Assembly: GCA_013239625.1 (NCBI GenBank)
Contig: MU053881.1
Coordinates: 10,964,873-11,028,872 of the forward strand
Length of the DNA stretch: 64,000 nucleotides
From: Lama guanicoe
Lineage: Eukaryota
Reading direction: 5' to 3'
The position numbers and the translations under genes were made by a program. The notes under the pieces are model-generated. The model saw only the letters and a list, made by a program, of their open reading frames with translations. It was not told the DNA's origin and did no database searches. Shown piece by piece: positions 26,536-38,870 of the stretch; position 1 is the first letter of the stretch, and every line of letters begins with the position of its first letter.

Positions 26536-27101
26536 TACAGCTGGCCAACAAGCACATGAAAAGATGCTCAACACTTTTTACAATAGCCAAGGCACAGAAA
26601 CAACCTAAATGTCCATCAACAGATGCCTAGATAAAGAAGATGTGATACACACACACACACACACACACAATGGAATAGTACTCATTCATAAAAAAGAATG
26701 AAACATTACCATTTGCAGCAACATGGATGGACTAGAGATTATCACACTAAGTGAAGTAAGTCAGACAGAGAAAGTCAAATAGTGTATGAAATCACCTATA
26801 TGTGGAAACAGAAGAAATGACAAATATAGTTATTTATAAAAAGAAACAGTCTCAAAGACATAGGAAACAAACTTGTGGTTCCCAAGGGTAAAGGGGAGGG
26901 TGAGGGATAAATTAGGAGTGTTGGACTGACAGAAGCACACTACCATACATAAAACAGATAAAACAACAGGGACCTACTGTATAGCACAGGGAACTCTATT
27001 CAGTGTCATAATAAACTATAATGGAAAAGAATCTGAAGCTGTATACCTCAAACTAAAATGACACTGTAAATTGACTATAGTTAAATAAAACTTTTTTTTT
27101 A
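26536..27101 (+). mobile_element. 5'-truncated, internally deleted cetartiodactyl-type L1 (ORF2 end + 3'UTR)
   Basis: CAATAGCCAAG...CAACCTAAATGTCCATCAACAGATG...CATTTGCAGCAACATGGATGGAC...GACCTACTGTATAGCACAGGGAAC. Likely TSD AAGATAGTCTTA (26524-26535) / AAGATGGTCTTA (27102-27113). Contains a (CA)n run near 26647-26669. Confidence 0.9.
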
Positions 27102-27989
27102 AAGATGGTCTTAATAATATTGAATTGCATAGATACCACTCCTTACTTTGCAGTTATGGCTGTCCCTTCCATATGTTAATGCTATTACAAATTAATATGC
27201 TATATGCAAATAAATTAAACAGTAATTAGGAGCTGAACTAAATGATATCTAGTCCCTTCCATCTTAGGAGAAGACCTGGGGATAGGTTTAGGAAGGGTAT
27301 GAGCAGGAGACAAAGGAATAGTATCATTTGGGGTCATAATAGAACTGTATGAACATAATAGAACAAAACAGAAATGATACTACTTAGAAGTCTTAAAGAT
27401 ATATTTAGTTGCTAATAAAAATATAAATAAGATTGATAATTGCAAGTCAGAGAGAGACATGTTTGCTTCAATATCATTACAAAAATAAAAACCCAACAAT
27501 TTATGACCTATTTAATAAGATTCCAAGCATCCTCCTATCGATGAATTTGTTCAAACAGAAGCTGGATGCCCTCTGTCAGGACAGCTATAGAAGGCATTTC
27601 TGTGTTAGTGCAGGAGGCTGGAAAAGATGACGTTGTATATCCTTTCCAGTTCTAAGTAAACAACCCACATTTACTGAATGCCTATAACTGGCAAGGTTTT
27701 ACAATAGGTTGGGAGGTGCAGCGATAACGGCCAAAGACCATAAGAGGTTTCAGTCTAGATATTAAGCCAGATCACTGAGTAAATTCTGAAATGACAGAGT
27801 GATACCCAGACGCTATGGGAGTATAGTCGTGGAAAAAAAATAAAACTTAACAGGTAATAGAGGAGAGGACGTGGTGGGTCCTGAAAGATTTATAAGAAAT
27901 AGTATGTGAAAACAGAAGAGAGATAATCTGTAATTCTGATCTGTATGTGTATGTAATATACCCTCGTTTTGTTCTCCTAGTATAAGAGC

Positions 27990-28215
27990 AAGCTTGGGAT
28001 TTGCAGATACTAAATAACTACTATACATAAAATAGATAAAAGAACAAGGTCCTGTTGTACAGCACAGGGGACTATATTCAACACACTGTAATGCCCTACA
28101 ATGCAAAAGAATATAAAAAATGATATACGTATAAATGAATCACTCTGCCATACACCAGAAATTAACATAACATTGTAAATTGACTACAAGTCAATAAAAA
28201 AATTATTAAAAAAGA
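27990..28215 (+). mobile_element. L1 3'UTR fragment (cetartiodactyl type)
   Basis: GGGATTTGCAGATACTAA...AACAAGGTCCTGTTGTACAGCACAGGG...GAATCACTCTGCCATACACCAGAAATTAAC...A-rich tail. Confidence 0.88.
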
Positions 28216-28857
28216 AGACTAAAGAAAATATATTGTCTACACCATGGTTAACTTTCATTTTGTGTATGCAGTTATTCTAAACTAAATTCAAGTACCATTT
28301 AAAAAAGTAAACAGTAGAAAATACAAATGTCAGCACCTTTTCAGCTTGCAAACCACAGGGGAAAATATGTAAATACAATCTTGCTAAATAATCGCTTTTC
28401 CTAGAGCGTTACAATTTAGAAACAACTATTTTAAGTAACCTTGTTATCTTGTCCAATTAAACAAATACTCAGTAATTAATAATTCCCTGAACATCTCAGT
28501 TGCCATCCATAAAATTTTTTTAAATCTCTGTAAAATTCATTAGGAATGTGGGGATAATAGCATAAGAACCTTTTATGTCAGGGAGAGCAAATATGATAAT
28601 ATTCTAATGGACTCTTTCTACAGTGTAAATTAAGTTGAGAAGTAGGGCTTTAAAAGTCAAGTCATGAGTAATATGGTAGGAAATATACATCTCAAATTCT
28701 GCGGAGCTCTCTCTATTTCAAATACTGTTTTATTGTAAAACATGCATTTTAATTTGAGGTTAGAAAATATGATGAGAGAAGTTAACTGTAAACATCCAGG
28801 CTTGTGTAGCATCCTCCACAGTAAATAGGGCTGGTCTGTGTAGCAATTAGGATGCCG

Positions 28858-29222
28858 TAGAAGTGACAAGGAGTGACATCTGAGGCTAGGTCATAAAAGA
28901 TCTTGTGGTTCCTGCCTTCCTTTTGGTTCACTTGCTTTGGGGAGAGCCATCTCCCATGTTATGAGGAGATTCAAGCTGCCCCATGCAGAGACACAGGAAC
29001 TGAGGCTACCTGCTAACAGCCACATGAGTGAGCTCAAGTGGAAGCAAATCTTCCAGCCCTGACAGTGACTGTAGTTCCAGAAGACACTGTAAGTGACTGT
29101 AGTTCCAGAAGACACTGTAATTGCAGCATCACAGAAGACACTGTCAGAACCAATCCGCTGAGCTGTTCTTAAACTCCATACCCATAAAAAGCAGTAGGAT
29201 AATAAAAATGCTTGTTGTTTTT
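28858..29222 (+). mobile_element. MLT1F-like MaLR LTR, 5' part (terminal piece at about 30486-30540)
   Basis: GAGGCTAGGTCATAAAAG...CAGCCACATGAGTGAGCT...GGAAGCAAATCTTCCAGCCC...ATAATAAAAATGCTTGTTGTTTT. Continues as TTTTAAGCTGTAAATTTT...AATTGATAACTA after the L1. Confidence 0.75.
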
Positions 29223-29589
29223 ATCAGAGTATCTTTTTTGAAATGTAAATCATGTATCCTAAAGTCTGCCGTTTTGAATTCAATTCAGTGTTTCTAAATA
29301 TATTTACAAAGTTGCACAACTGTTACCTTAATCTAACTTTAGAACATTTCCATTATCCTAAAAATAAACATTTACCCAATAACGGTTACTCCCCACGGCA
29401 TACCTCCCCATCCCACGCCTCAGCCCGAGGCAACCACTGACCTACATCTGTCTCTATGCGTTCACCTATTATGGCCATTTCATACAAATGGAATAATACA
29501 ATATATGGTCTTTTACGACTGGCTTACTTCGCTTAAAATAGTGTTTTTGAGGGTCATCCATGTTATAGCCTGTGTTTTTCCATTTCTCT

Positions 29590-29813
29590 TTATTTTATCT
29601 TTTTTTTAATTTATTGAAGTATAGTCAGTTTACAATGTTGTGTCAATTTCTGATGTACAGGAGAATGCTTCAGTCATACATATACATACATATATTTGTT
29701 TTCATATTCTTTTTCATTATAGGTTACTACAAGATATTACGCATAGTTCCCTGGGCTATACAGAAGACATTTTTTTGCATCTATTTTATATATAGTAGTT
29801 AGTATTTGCAAAT
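29590..29813 (-). mobile_element. Younger camelid-type L1 3' end inserted in the older L1
   Basis: Poly(T) then ATTGAAGTATAGTCAGTTTACAATGTTGTGTCAATTTCTG...TTATAGGTTACTACAAGATATT...GTATTTGCAAAT. Confidence 0.88.
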
Positions 29814-30044
29814 TACCAAATTATATTCCACTGTATGGATATCCATTCATCTGCAGAGAGAAATTTGTGTTTTTTCCACTTTTGGGCTAATGTATATAAA
29901 TAATGTCGCTTTGACCATTCACTTGTAAGTTTTTTTGGTGGATGTATGTTTTAGTGGGTGTATGCCTTTTCCTCTCTTGGGTATGTGCCTAGAAATGGAA
30001 TTGTGGATCATATGGTAACTCTGCTTTAAATTTCTGAGGAGCTG

Positions 30045-30197
30045 TTTACGGAGTCTTTATCATTTCATCAATTCCTGGAGTTAAATTATGTTCATCCAGA
30101 TGTTTAAAAAAATTAAATACACTTTTACTTTTTATTTAAAATAAAGTTACTGCTGCCATCTTCTCCAAATATGTCACAGTAATTTTAGATTGAAAGC
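30045..30197 (-). repeat. Inverted copy of 31601-31745
   Basis: The reverse complement aligns to 31601-31745 with 3 mismatches in the first 53 nt, then indels in an A/T tract and a further strong match. Confidence 0.93.
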
Positions 30198-31196
30198 TGT
30201 TTTCCAAAGTTGCTGCCCCATTTTACATTCCCGCCAGCATGTGTGATGGTTCGTTTTTCCACATCCTTGCCAAAAGTTATCTACCTTTTGAAATTTGCTG
30301 TCCTAGTCAGTGTGAGGTGGTATTTCATTGTCATTTGATTTGCATTTCCCTAATGACTAATCACGTTGAGCACCCTCCTGTGTTTACTAGCCAATTTGCA
30401 TATCTTCTTTGGACATATGACTATTCAAATATTTTGTCCAATTTAAAAAATCAGGTCTACTTGTCTTATTATTAAGATGTTTTTTATTTTAAGCTGTAAA
30501 TTTTCAAGTAAGTTGGTACCTAGTAATTGATAACTATCACAAGCAGTACTTCCACGTTTTCTTACAGAATATTGATACATTTTAATTGATCAGAAGGAAA
30601 ATAGGCTAATGTTTTCTTGAATGAAATAATGGCATTACTGCATTCTTAGTCCTGAGATTCATAAATATACACGGTTGAGGTCCAAAAAATAAAGAAAACT
30701 TCACTAGAAATAGAAATGAAAACATCATTCAAATTCATTTGCTTGCCTAATTTCTACAATAATGATTATGATGATCCAAGGAGATTTCTTAAGCCTTATT
30801 ATCAACCAAAAAGTTTTCCTCCAACAATATAGGAAAGGATGAAAATGGCCGATAATTTTTCTTTAATTCCCCTTTTCTAGGCATTCCTTTGTTTATACAA
30901 AGTAAGAAACTTTTAGCATTAAAACACAGAACTGCATTTTATAATGCTTTCAAAATACATGCAACAAACTCCTGTTTTTTTCTTTAAAAAGTTATAATTC
31001 AAAACGGGATAATTCTGAATGGCATACTTTATTTGATGAATGGGTACTCGCATTTCAATTTAGAAATCTGATTTAAGTAAAGCATTTTGCAAACTTTTAC
31101 TGCTATTTGGATTTGAAGGGAAAAAATTGGGCAGTATGATTTTTATAAAACCTTTTGTCTTTATGTTTTTGACCTAGTCCCTACAAGAGGGTGTAT

Positions 31197-31255
<59 letters not shown>
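31197..31255. repeat. (ATAG)n tetranucleotide microsatellite, about 14 units
   Basis: Directly visible, uninterrupted. Confidence 0.98.
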
Positions 31256-31256
<1 letters not shown>

Positions 31257-32504
31257 GAAATGGAGAGATGGCCTAAACAAGATTGTGAAGTGAGTGAATA
31301 TGTTTAAAAGCAACATCAGCAAATATGTATGTAGTTTTGAGATGTTTCACTTTTCTTCCTCAGCTGATAAAATCTTTCAAATCCAGCTGTCATTTCAAAG
31401 GGATTTAAAAATCTTCCAACTATATTATTTCTCAACTATCTTATTTGTAATATAATTTACTTCTACTTTTGAAGACCCACGACAAAGAAAATTCAACCCC
31501 TTTACCTGGATTTTGTCACTGCTACATAGTACTTGCAGGCTTTTACTTCCAAGTGCCTGTTATAAATAATAAACCTAACTCAGCCCATGTATACACACAT
31601 GCTTTCAACCTAAAATTACTGTGACATATTTGGAGAAAATGGCAGCAATAACTGTATTTATTTTAAATATTTATTTTTTTAAACATCTGGATGAACACAA
31701 AGAATTAAACTCCAGGGATGGATGAAATGATAAAGACTCTGTAAAAAGTACAAAAATATCAGAAGTAGCTCCCTGTAAGGATATAAAAAGTACATGGTGA
31801 TGAAGTGTGACAATAAATCTTCCTCATTATTTTAGTGAAGGAACAAATGTAAGCAATAAAATAAAGGCTTTTTAATACAGCAGTCTGAAGTCAAAAGGCG
31901 GTTCTATCAGAAAAAGAGGAAACTCTTTGTGGCTGTGTGAAATTTGTCATTCTGAGTGTCTTCACGATTTATGTGCCATAAATCCCCATTAAATGATTTA
32001 TAGCAGAATTGTATGTTTTTTCTTTTATGAAGATATTACAATATCATTGTTAGATTATGCTCCATCTGTTTATACATTATCCAAATAGTTCCTTTTTCAA
32101 CATTTTGAAAGTACCCAAAATGTAAAATTAATTTTTACAATGAAGTATGTTGGTGAAACCCATTCTATTTCTATTCTTGCTAAATGACTTGATAAGTATA
32201 TTTTTTATGCTCTTTTACTGAAGGTGAATTTGTTTTTGGGTGTCCTCTGATCGTATGTGACCAATCTTAAAAGCTTTGAAAGAAATCTAGATTGTATTAG
32301 CAGCTTTACAGATTATTTCTAAACAGAAAAATCTCTGGCAATAACTAGATAAAACAGTAGGGTTTTAGTGAGTGATTTTTTTTCCCACTATATAAGCTAG
32401 AGTTTATTTATTTATTTTTTTAAATTTATTTTAAATTACCTTTCACTCCTGCCATCTTACATGTAATATTTTTCTCTTCTGTATAACATACAAATGTATT
32501 CATC

Positions 32505-33000
32505 AATATTCAAAATTCAAACTGCTTACCGTGGTCTAAAAGGACCTGCAGTATATGGCCCCCAACCCTCTCTCTCTCCCGTCTCTCCTCAAGGTATGCA
32601 CCCTGTGTGCAGTCTGGCTTCAGCCATACCAACCTTTTATCAGTCCTTAACACGTCCTAACTTTTTTCCAAATGAGGACGTGTCCATTATCTATGGAGAA
32701 GACTTTCTCCTTCTGGATCTTCTCTCCCTTTCATGTCTCAGCTTAGCTTGGGCATGATTTTCTCAGAGAGACCTCCTCATGCATGTTAAATAAATTCTCT
32801 GCCTCCATTCTTGCACCATACATATTTCCTTCGTAATGGTTATCACAATAAGCAACAATCATTTTTGTGTCTTTATTCTGTGAGTTCCCCCCACCCCAGC
32901 CCCAGCCCCAGATCTGAAACAAGGTGCAGGAGGGCAGGCTTTGCCTGTCTGGTTCCTGCTTGTAGCACAAGGAGAATGGCAAATATTTGTTAAGTGAATA
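32505..33000 (+). mobile_element. L2 3' end
   Basis: AAATTCAAACTGCTTACCGTGGTCTAAAAGGACCTGCA...GAGGGCAGG...CAAATATTTGTTAAGTGAAT. Confidence 0.75.
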
Positions 33001-35384
33001 GAGCAACTTGTGCAAACTCCTTCTAGCTCAGATCCTTGGAACTGAATAATCTGTATACCACAAACCATGCCCTCAATTTCTTGCCAGTTTGAAGGCCAGT
33101 AAGCGATATGTTTCTTTAAATTAACATTAGAAAGAGTGACATTTCAGAAGGGAGCTTCCTAAAAAGATCAAATAACATAATAAAAAGAAAATGAGTGAGT
33201 AATCTCTAAACCCTATATTTCAGCAGCTGTTTTCCTTACACAGTAAATCTATCTTTTAAATATTCCAGTTGTGTATAAATGCAACATGTAGGTTTTAATC
33301 AAAATATTAAGAAAAATTCTAATACAAGTCACCTCACGATATGCACTTTGTGAAAAGTTGTTTTAAAAAAGGAAAAAGAAAGTCACTTTTAAAATAAGTA
33401 ATTAGAGGAATGGATCCAATCATTCCTTTTAAAATTCTCATTGCATGAAGAGGATAACTTATTTTTAGCTAAGAACTGAGCCTAGTAACTTAGGGATCAT
33501 TTTTTTTTAAGTGTTAAGAGTGACATGAATTTGAGTAGCTTGAGTACATTATTAAATTTGTTTAACTAGGTAGCAAAAATGAATTTAAAAGTTAAGGAGG
33601 TAAAGAGCTCTTCATGAAAAGTCAAGATATGTATCTACCTATATCCATCAAGGTATGTACTTCAAGTATTTTTTCAAGACATTTAAATACAAAATCCAGA
33701 AATTAAAAAATAATCACTGAAAATTTCAGATATAAGAATTTATACACAAGCTACATAAAGAGACAAGAAGAGGAAGATATAAGATATAAATTCAGGAGTT
33801 TTTCTTTTGGTTTTAAAATTATTAGACTAATTTTTGCAATAATAAGCCTGACACCAGATTGCCTTAATAAGTCTCTTGGGAAAACCTCTCAGTCTCCTGG
33901 GATACAGGCTTCGCTTTTTCAGGACAAAAAAAGAACATTTTCTTTCTGAGTACATGGAGTTGAGAGAAAAGAAGGAAAGGGAAGAAAAGAAATCAGGGTA
34001 GATATACCTTATTTCTTATAAACAAATTATTTACTGATGACTTTGTATATCTTAAGAACTTTACAAACTTAATTCATCCTATCTTACTTGAAAAAACTGA
34101 ACCCTCTTCCTCTTTTTTTTTTTTTTTTCGTGGTTTCTAACAAGATACCACTGGGTATAATGTTTCATATATTTCCCTTGGTACTAGCACTTGTATAAAG
34201 AAATGAAAGATGGAGACAGAAATAGACATTTTTGTTTGTCCCTCCACATAACAGGGTAATTTTTGAAATAAATAAACAAGTTCATTGACCTATTTTGTAC
34301 ATACGAAAAAAAAAAAGATTTAGTGGCTGGTGTCTCTGGGTTCTAAGCATTTTTTTTTTTCAATTAAGAAAATAAAATATTCAAGGGAAAGACATCATTC
34401 ATCCTCTTTTTCTCCACATACCTCCCTCTAATCCTTTCTTTTTAATCCTCATTCCTCTTCCCCTCCTAGTACTGATTGTGGGATGTGGCCCACTGGAGAG
34501 TAAAATTAAAACAAAAAAAAAAAAGCAAGTAGAAAGTCATTAAAAAAAAGTATTTAATGGTTTTTTTCTTAAAAGAAAATGCATGGTTAAGTGTAAAAAA
34601 AAAAAAAAGTCCTTTCCAGGCTCTTAAAATTTACGATTGTTCCATGGTTTTAAACCTCAATTAAATGCAAAGGCTTAATAGACACATGTGACTTTAATGA
34701 TGTGAAATGTCCCAATATTCTTTTTACATTTATTAATAAAACTGCAGCAGCATTTTATTAAATGTATTGAATGATCGTTTTTTAAAGGCTTACCATATGC
34801 TTTTTCATTTTATTCAGACTTTCAGCTTTGTTCAATTACAAATAAGTCTCTAAATATCCTTAATAAAGAGAAACACCTTATTAGAAGAATTGCAATTTAG
34901 ATGAATTTCTTAAACTGGATAATGAAATGGTACCAATCATGGGGCATATAAAATATAAAAGGAGACTTGAAAACATTCTAGCATTACAGAAATGAAAGCT
35001 ATTATATTGGCTAACAAAGAAAAAACATATTCCTAGGAAAGAAACCACAGGTCCAAAACGGAAATGCCTTATGTCGGAAAGTTCCAGGACTATGAGTTTA
35101 CAAAGGAGAACACTGAAGTTAAAGGGTAAACAACAAGTCTAGTCAGAAAACTTAGATTTTTGATTATAGCACGTCAGGGCAAAGCAAAGTTTGATATCCT
35201 TTGTTCACTTGGTTCTTTAAACTGAAGCATGTTAAGAAGAGCAGAATTGGGATGTAAACAAATACTTGCAAAGCATTTGCATGCGAATGAATGAGGCCCA
35301 ACAGTGTAAGCAATGTTTTCCTCCAAAGGAAAGCAAGAGTTCAATGTAACTGAAATGGCAATTAACTCCTTTAGACAGTGTCGT

Positions 35385-35560
35385 GGGAAATAAACAGGGA
35401 GTGGTAGAGACCGCGGCTGACTGGAGAGCATCACCCCGCCCCTTCTGTTACTCAGGCCCAGCTCATGCTCACCACCTGAAATGTGGGGCCAGTGATGCCA
35501 GACCTTCGGAGTTCTCAGAAATCATAAATCTGGTTTTAGGTGAAAATTGCTGATTGTCAT
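35385..35560 (+). mobile_element. MER102-like hAT-Charlie relic
   Basis: AGGGAGTGGTAGAGACCGCGGCTGACTGGAGAGCA...GGCCAGTGATGCCAGACCTTC...AAATCTGGTTTTAGGTGAAA. Confidence 0.7.
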
Positions 35561-36189
35561 CTCAATGTTTGCTCAATTATAATATACATATACATGGTCA
35601 ACAAAACATGTCTATTGTTGATTTGAAACAATGAGGGGAGAAAAAAATGAATGCATTTTATTTTCAACCATAGAATTTTAATTTGGAAGTGACTTGTGGT
35701 ATTTTTTATTCCAGTCCAAACATTTATGAAAAACATAGGTTGTATATCAGTTGCAGAGCTGAATAAAAGTATTCTGATTACTTATTCTGTGTTCTTTGGT
35801 GTATAAAATGCATTAAAAATACATAAATGTTGATCTTTCTCTCCCTGAAATTCAAAGACTAATAACAAATAAGAGCTTTGTTACTCTTTTTCCAATAGTG
35901 TGATGGAAGTATACACTACTAGTGTATTCTGGAAAAGTAATTTTTTCACTGATATTAAAAAAACCCAACTATTTCTTTTCTTTGGCCCAGTTAGTCCAGT
36001 TTACTAAAAGAATAATATCAAATTTAAAAAATACTTGTGCATGTAACTATTAATCATAATATTAGTCATAATAGAAAAAAATTAAAAACAAGAAAAAGAG
36101 AGAAAGACAAATCTCTAGTGATACGAATATGGTAAAAAAAAACCAGTATGTGCAAATATAGAAATGTCAATAATTTATGTGGATAGTTT

Positions 36190-37050
36190 TCTGGTTTTTA
36201 AATCATTTGAAAAATACAGACATAAATACAGGGAATAGAGCCTTTCAACCTAGCTCCTAGACTCAGCTACTCTTACCATAACAGTTTATTACATAATAAA
36301 TGTATTTGTATGCATATATATAAAAAAATATATATACACATACATGCTCCTTGATTAAAACATATTGTATAATTTATAAGATAATACTATGAAATATTTA
36401 AATGCCTGCTAATTTCACTCAAAAAGATGCTATAGAACTTTTTCATGTTAAGTTTAAAATTCTAATTTTTAATGGTTAATATAATGTGTTTATAGATGCA
36501 CCACAACTTATTTACTCTATTTCTAAATGATGGACCTATGAAATGATTCTAATTTTCTCTAATAAAATACTATAAATAGAAACCTTTAATAAAGATAATT
36601 TATATTTAGTCATTTATTATTATGATAGTGACTAACGTATTATGTATTATCAATTGATTTAATTTTTATAAAGTTGACATTTGCAGAATGTCATTGTTAG
36701 GGGTGCATTTCCTAAACTACTATAAATTCTAGCACCATTTTATATTCTAACTTATTCCTTTATTATGAAATTCAAATTAATTAGAAGTTTTATAATTGGG
36801 CATCTAAAAATATTCTTTAAATGGTTTGTAAGTTATTTATTTAGTAACTAAAGTTATTAACTCTTTGCTATATGTATTAACGATTTTTCCTCTAATTTTT
36901 TGTTGTATCTTTTCTATCATGCATTTTCATATAAATACATTTTAAATTTTGACCTAATAAAATCTGTCTTTTTTATGTTTTCTAGATTTAATAAAACACT
37001 AGAAAACATTTTCAGAACTCAAGGCTATAATTTTAAATTATTTATTCAAA
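36190..37050 (-). mobile_element. Very old L1 (L1ME-like) relic
   Basis: AT-rich decayed L1 3' pattern (GATGCACCACAACTTATTTAC...TTTTGACCTAATAAAATCTGTC...CTCAAGGCTAT). Confidence 0.45.
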
Positions 37051-38239
37051 TTATTTATTATTAAAGTAGTCATTTTAAAAAAAGAAAAGGTGGACTAAAC
37101 ATTTGACCAAACATTTGACCATGCCATAGTTTATATAGCTAGGTGCAGATGTACAATGAAAATAATTCATATTTTGCCACTAAACATTTGCTGTTTAATC
37201 TGAAGGCATATAATTTTCAAGAAATCAAAATCTTACAAAGTGCATAATTTAAAAATGAATTTCTGAAGTGAATTAATAAGTAGTACTTAAAGAATTGCAC
37301 ACTTTGCTTTCTCCAATTTCAGATTAGAAGCTCTACTGAAACTATGGATCTAAAAAACAGAATGATTTTTAAAATCCTAAGTACACTTACATATGTGCTC
37401 TTTGTTTTGTATTATGTTATAAACATATTCAAAAACCATATACACAAAAAGATATACATACAAACATCACATACCATCTAATGCATATTTTGTGACACTG
37501 AAGAAATTACCACACATATCATCACAGTCCTTAACTGATTAAGGAGACAAAAAATTATATTTTCAGGATAAGCGTCATGGTCCCAAATACTGAAATTGAT
37601 GTACAAAATTTTAAAATTATATATGAATTAAATATGTCTTTCCTCAGGAAGAAAGTAATCTTCATGAGTACAGAAAGAAGAGGACAAGACGACAAAAATA
37701 CATCTTTTTTTTTTATTTCCCAGGGGTACAATGACACATATTAATGTACTAAATTATTATGCCAACATTTAGAAAGATGAGTTGGCAATTTTACATTTAT
37801 ACCAGGACCACAGTGAGGGCTTTCAACCTGATTTTGTACAATTCTTTCCAATAATTGATACTTATGTTAGTCTCTTCCCTGATTATAGAAAACTAGCAAC
37901 TTTCTAATTTTTATATATACTCTTTTTTGGGGGGGAGGTTAAAATATTATGTTCTTGTTTCAAATTATCAATCGAATTTAGATCAATTTTAATAACAAGG
38001 TGTTTTTTTCTTCTCTTCCTCTTGGCTTACAGCACTTAGCTTTCTTTCTCTGCCCCCTCCTGTGCATTTTTAAAAAATGAAAACCCATATTCCCAGACTG
38101 AAATATTTGTTCTCTTTAGTAAGATTCGTTATGGCTTCAGGGAGAATAAATTTACAGAGACGTCCTGGGACTCTGAGACTCCAACGATTCAAATTTTTAC
38201 CTTGAATATCTATTCTTGACTTTTCCATCTTTTAAAATA

Positions 38240-38870
38240 AACATCCCCTAAAGAGAATAAGGGCTTTGTGACTTACTTTATTGAATAAATTATGCAGTGT
38301 TTCTCTCTGCAACTCATGTGAGTGATATGAAATAAAGCAGACATAGCTGTTGGACATCATTTTAGCCCCTCTGTCTGATTGGCAGATCACAGGAAGGAAA
38401 AAATGTCCCATGAGCCCCTCTGTGAGGTCGTTACCAACTGATTGAGTATTCGCCTTAAATATCTGAAACCCAGGTGTGTTGTAGATTAGCACAACTTACA
38501 AGCACTGTGTGGAGATTTATTATGATAATTGTTGCTTTTATTTTTTATTTCCCTGAACTCAGAGATAATTAATGTCAGTATGTGTCCTGGTATCTGACTC
38601 TCTTAATTGGTCCTATGGTGCCTTGGGTGTTTGAAAATCCACTCACTTAAAGGCTTTTTTTTTTCTTTTGACTTGTTTTCCTGGAGCTGTTCATTAGTGC
38701 CTAAAATATTTGATTACATTTAATTGTGATGTCTTCAATTTTGTGCACCTGCTGCAATTTACATGAGGAGAAAAAGGCTTGCAGAAGCAGGAAAAAAAAA
38801 GTGAGAGGGGGAATTAAATTTTTAAAGAATTCCCCTGCACAGGGTAATTGGGGTTAAATATGGAAACAAA
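38240..38870. promoter_or_regulatory. Candidate regulatory block (PBX-PKNOX/MEIS decamer, homeodomain sites)
   Basis: TGATTGGCAG 38376-38385, several TAATT cores, no repeat recognised. Conservation unverified. Confidence 0.3.

Larger units (their letters stand above)
29230..30482 (-). mobile_element. Old L1 (L1MB-like) 3' portion, interrupted twice
   Basis: GGCAACCACTGACCTAC...CATTTCATACAAATGGAATAATACAATAT...GGATCATATGGTAACTCT...TTGATTTGCATTTCCCTAATGACTAAT. Confidence 0.85.

Noticed and set aside
37097..37120. 12-bp tandem duplication AAACATTTGACC x2 (similar short duplications near 43312 and 53336)
   Set aside because: Ordinary slippage duplications.
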